A stretch of DNA of 64,000 nt from Macrostomum lignano (Eukaryota). The position numbers and the translations under genes are program-made. Positions 63,307 to 64,000 of this stretch are shown here, piece by piece. The stretch lies in the NCBI GenBank assembly GCA_002269645.1, contig NIVC01002301.1, positions 1 through 64,000 of the forward strand, in the 5' to 3' direction. Under the pieces are notes generated by a model. It worked only from the letters and a program-made list of their open reading frames with translations. It did no database searches and was not told where the DNA came from. Position 1 is the first letter of the stretch, and the number at the start of each line of letters is the position of its first letter.

Positions 63307-63999
63307 TCAGTCCACCTTCTTATATACTTTTCTGGCAGGCAATTTCAGCCAGGCTGTGTTGCTCCCGTACCCCTTGACTAGACTCTCCTGTTCTTTCTCC
63401 AGTTCACCCCCTCTGCTGGTTGCCATTTTCTTCTTAACTGATTTACCAACAGCGGAAAGCGGAACATTAAGCTTTTTCTGCTGCAGAAAATCGATGAACT
63501 CGTTCCACCCAACTGGTTCACGCTCACATGGCGAATCCCTCACTGTGTGCTGAATCAAGTCCAGTATGTTTGAGGAAGGGATTGACGTGCCTGCGATTTC
63601 CACCTCCCCGTTTTCACAAACTCGAATCAGCTCTGGATTGGTGGACAGGATCGTCCACAGACTGCGAGCCCTGGTTTTGAATTTCTGTGGCACCGACTTG
63701 CTGATCTTCTCTTCCCAGGTGCTTATCTGGGGTGTCTCTGTTTTCATCAACTTGGCTTCAGTATTGCGTGCTCCTTCTTTTCCAGCGTGCTTGCGCTTGG
63801 CCAGCAAACTTTGCATTGCACTTTGGTACATGGCGGTTTTCACATCTTCTGGACAATCCTCGGCATACAAGATGTCATCGCATTTCTTCTGAGCCTGCTT
63901 CAAGTCAGCTTCAGTGGTAGTCTCATTTGGCTTCAAATTCTGCATCAACATCTCATACTCTGCTTTAGGAATCAGAACCATTTCTGAAAATTTGTTCAT
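63307..63999 (-). CDS. Conserved Maverick/Polinton hypothetical protein
   Basis: MVLIP...; ENGEVEIAGTSIPSSNILDLI...EPVGWNEF...L...NVPLSAVG resembles a recurrent Polinton ORF of unknown function. The start lies at the window edge. Confidence 0.6.
   Translation of the reverse strand: MNKFSEMVLIPKAEYEMLMQNLKPNETTTEADLKQAQKKCDDILYAEDCPEDVKTAMYQSAMQSLLAKRKHAGKEGARNTEAKLMKTETPQISTWEEKISKSVPQKFKTRARSLWTILSTNPELIRVCENGEVEIAGTSIPSSNILDLIQHTVRDSPCEREPVGWNEFIDFLQQKKLNVPLSAVGKSVKKKMATSRGGELEKEQESLVKGYGSNTAWLKLPARKVYKKVD
63319..63326 (-). promoter_or_regulatory. Candidate TATA box for the exonuclease-like/TBP-like unit
   Basis: The minus strand reads TATATAAG, 42-49 bp upstream of the ATG at 63277, the same octamer as at 56669. 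Confidence 0.45.
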
Positions 64000-64000
64000 T

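Larger units (their letters stand above)
56054..64000. mobile_element. Maverick/Polinton (adintovirus-like) endogenous DNA virus, left portion
   Basis: Starts AGTAGTAGG, a typical Polinton terminus. Intronless compact ORFs for integrase, minor and major capsid, protease and ATPase follow in the usual cluster. The pPolB gene and right TIR are not in the window. Confidence 0.92.

Noticed and set aside
57149-63987. Many short antisense ORFs over the Polinton genes
   Set aside because: Shadow frames of the long conserved ORFs; only the TBP-like, exonuclease-like and 63307-63999 ORFs have motif support on the minus strand.

Overview
Repeat-rich eukaryotic (invertebrate animal) DNA with GT-AG spliced genes whose introns are filled by distinct micro- and minisatellites. 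The style suggests a flatworm such as Macrostomum, but that is inference. I reconstructed five host genes by hand: a SPARC/osteonectin-like gene (+, 3817-10350), an atypical soluble guanylyl cyclase beta-like gene (-, 11813-23336), a small gene ending in a ubiquitin-like domain (-, 25092-27242), a rhodopsin-class peptide GPCR (+, 31000-34500) and a large polycystin-1/PKD1-like gene (+, from 38527, last visible exon ending 55837). From 56054 to the window end lies the left part of a Maverick/Polinton-type endogenous virus. It starts AGTAGT, has hairpin-repeat termini, and encodes integrase-chromodomain, minor and major capsid, basic core protein, adenain-like protease and a packaging ATPase. 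It also carries a tandem PC4-like protein and a TATA-binding-protein-like ORF, a possible virus-encoded Pol II initiation module and the most interesting feature here. Other mobile DNA includes a 2.2-kb TG..CA element with a CATG TSD, a 2.3-kb TIR element, MITEs, tRNA-derived SINEs and LINE 3' ends. All domain calls come from motif recognition, not database searches.
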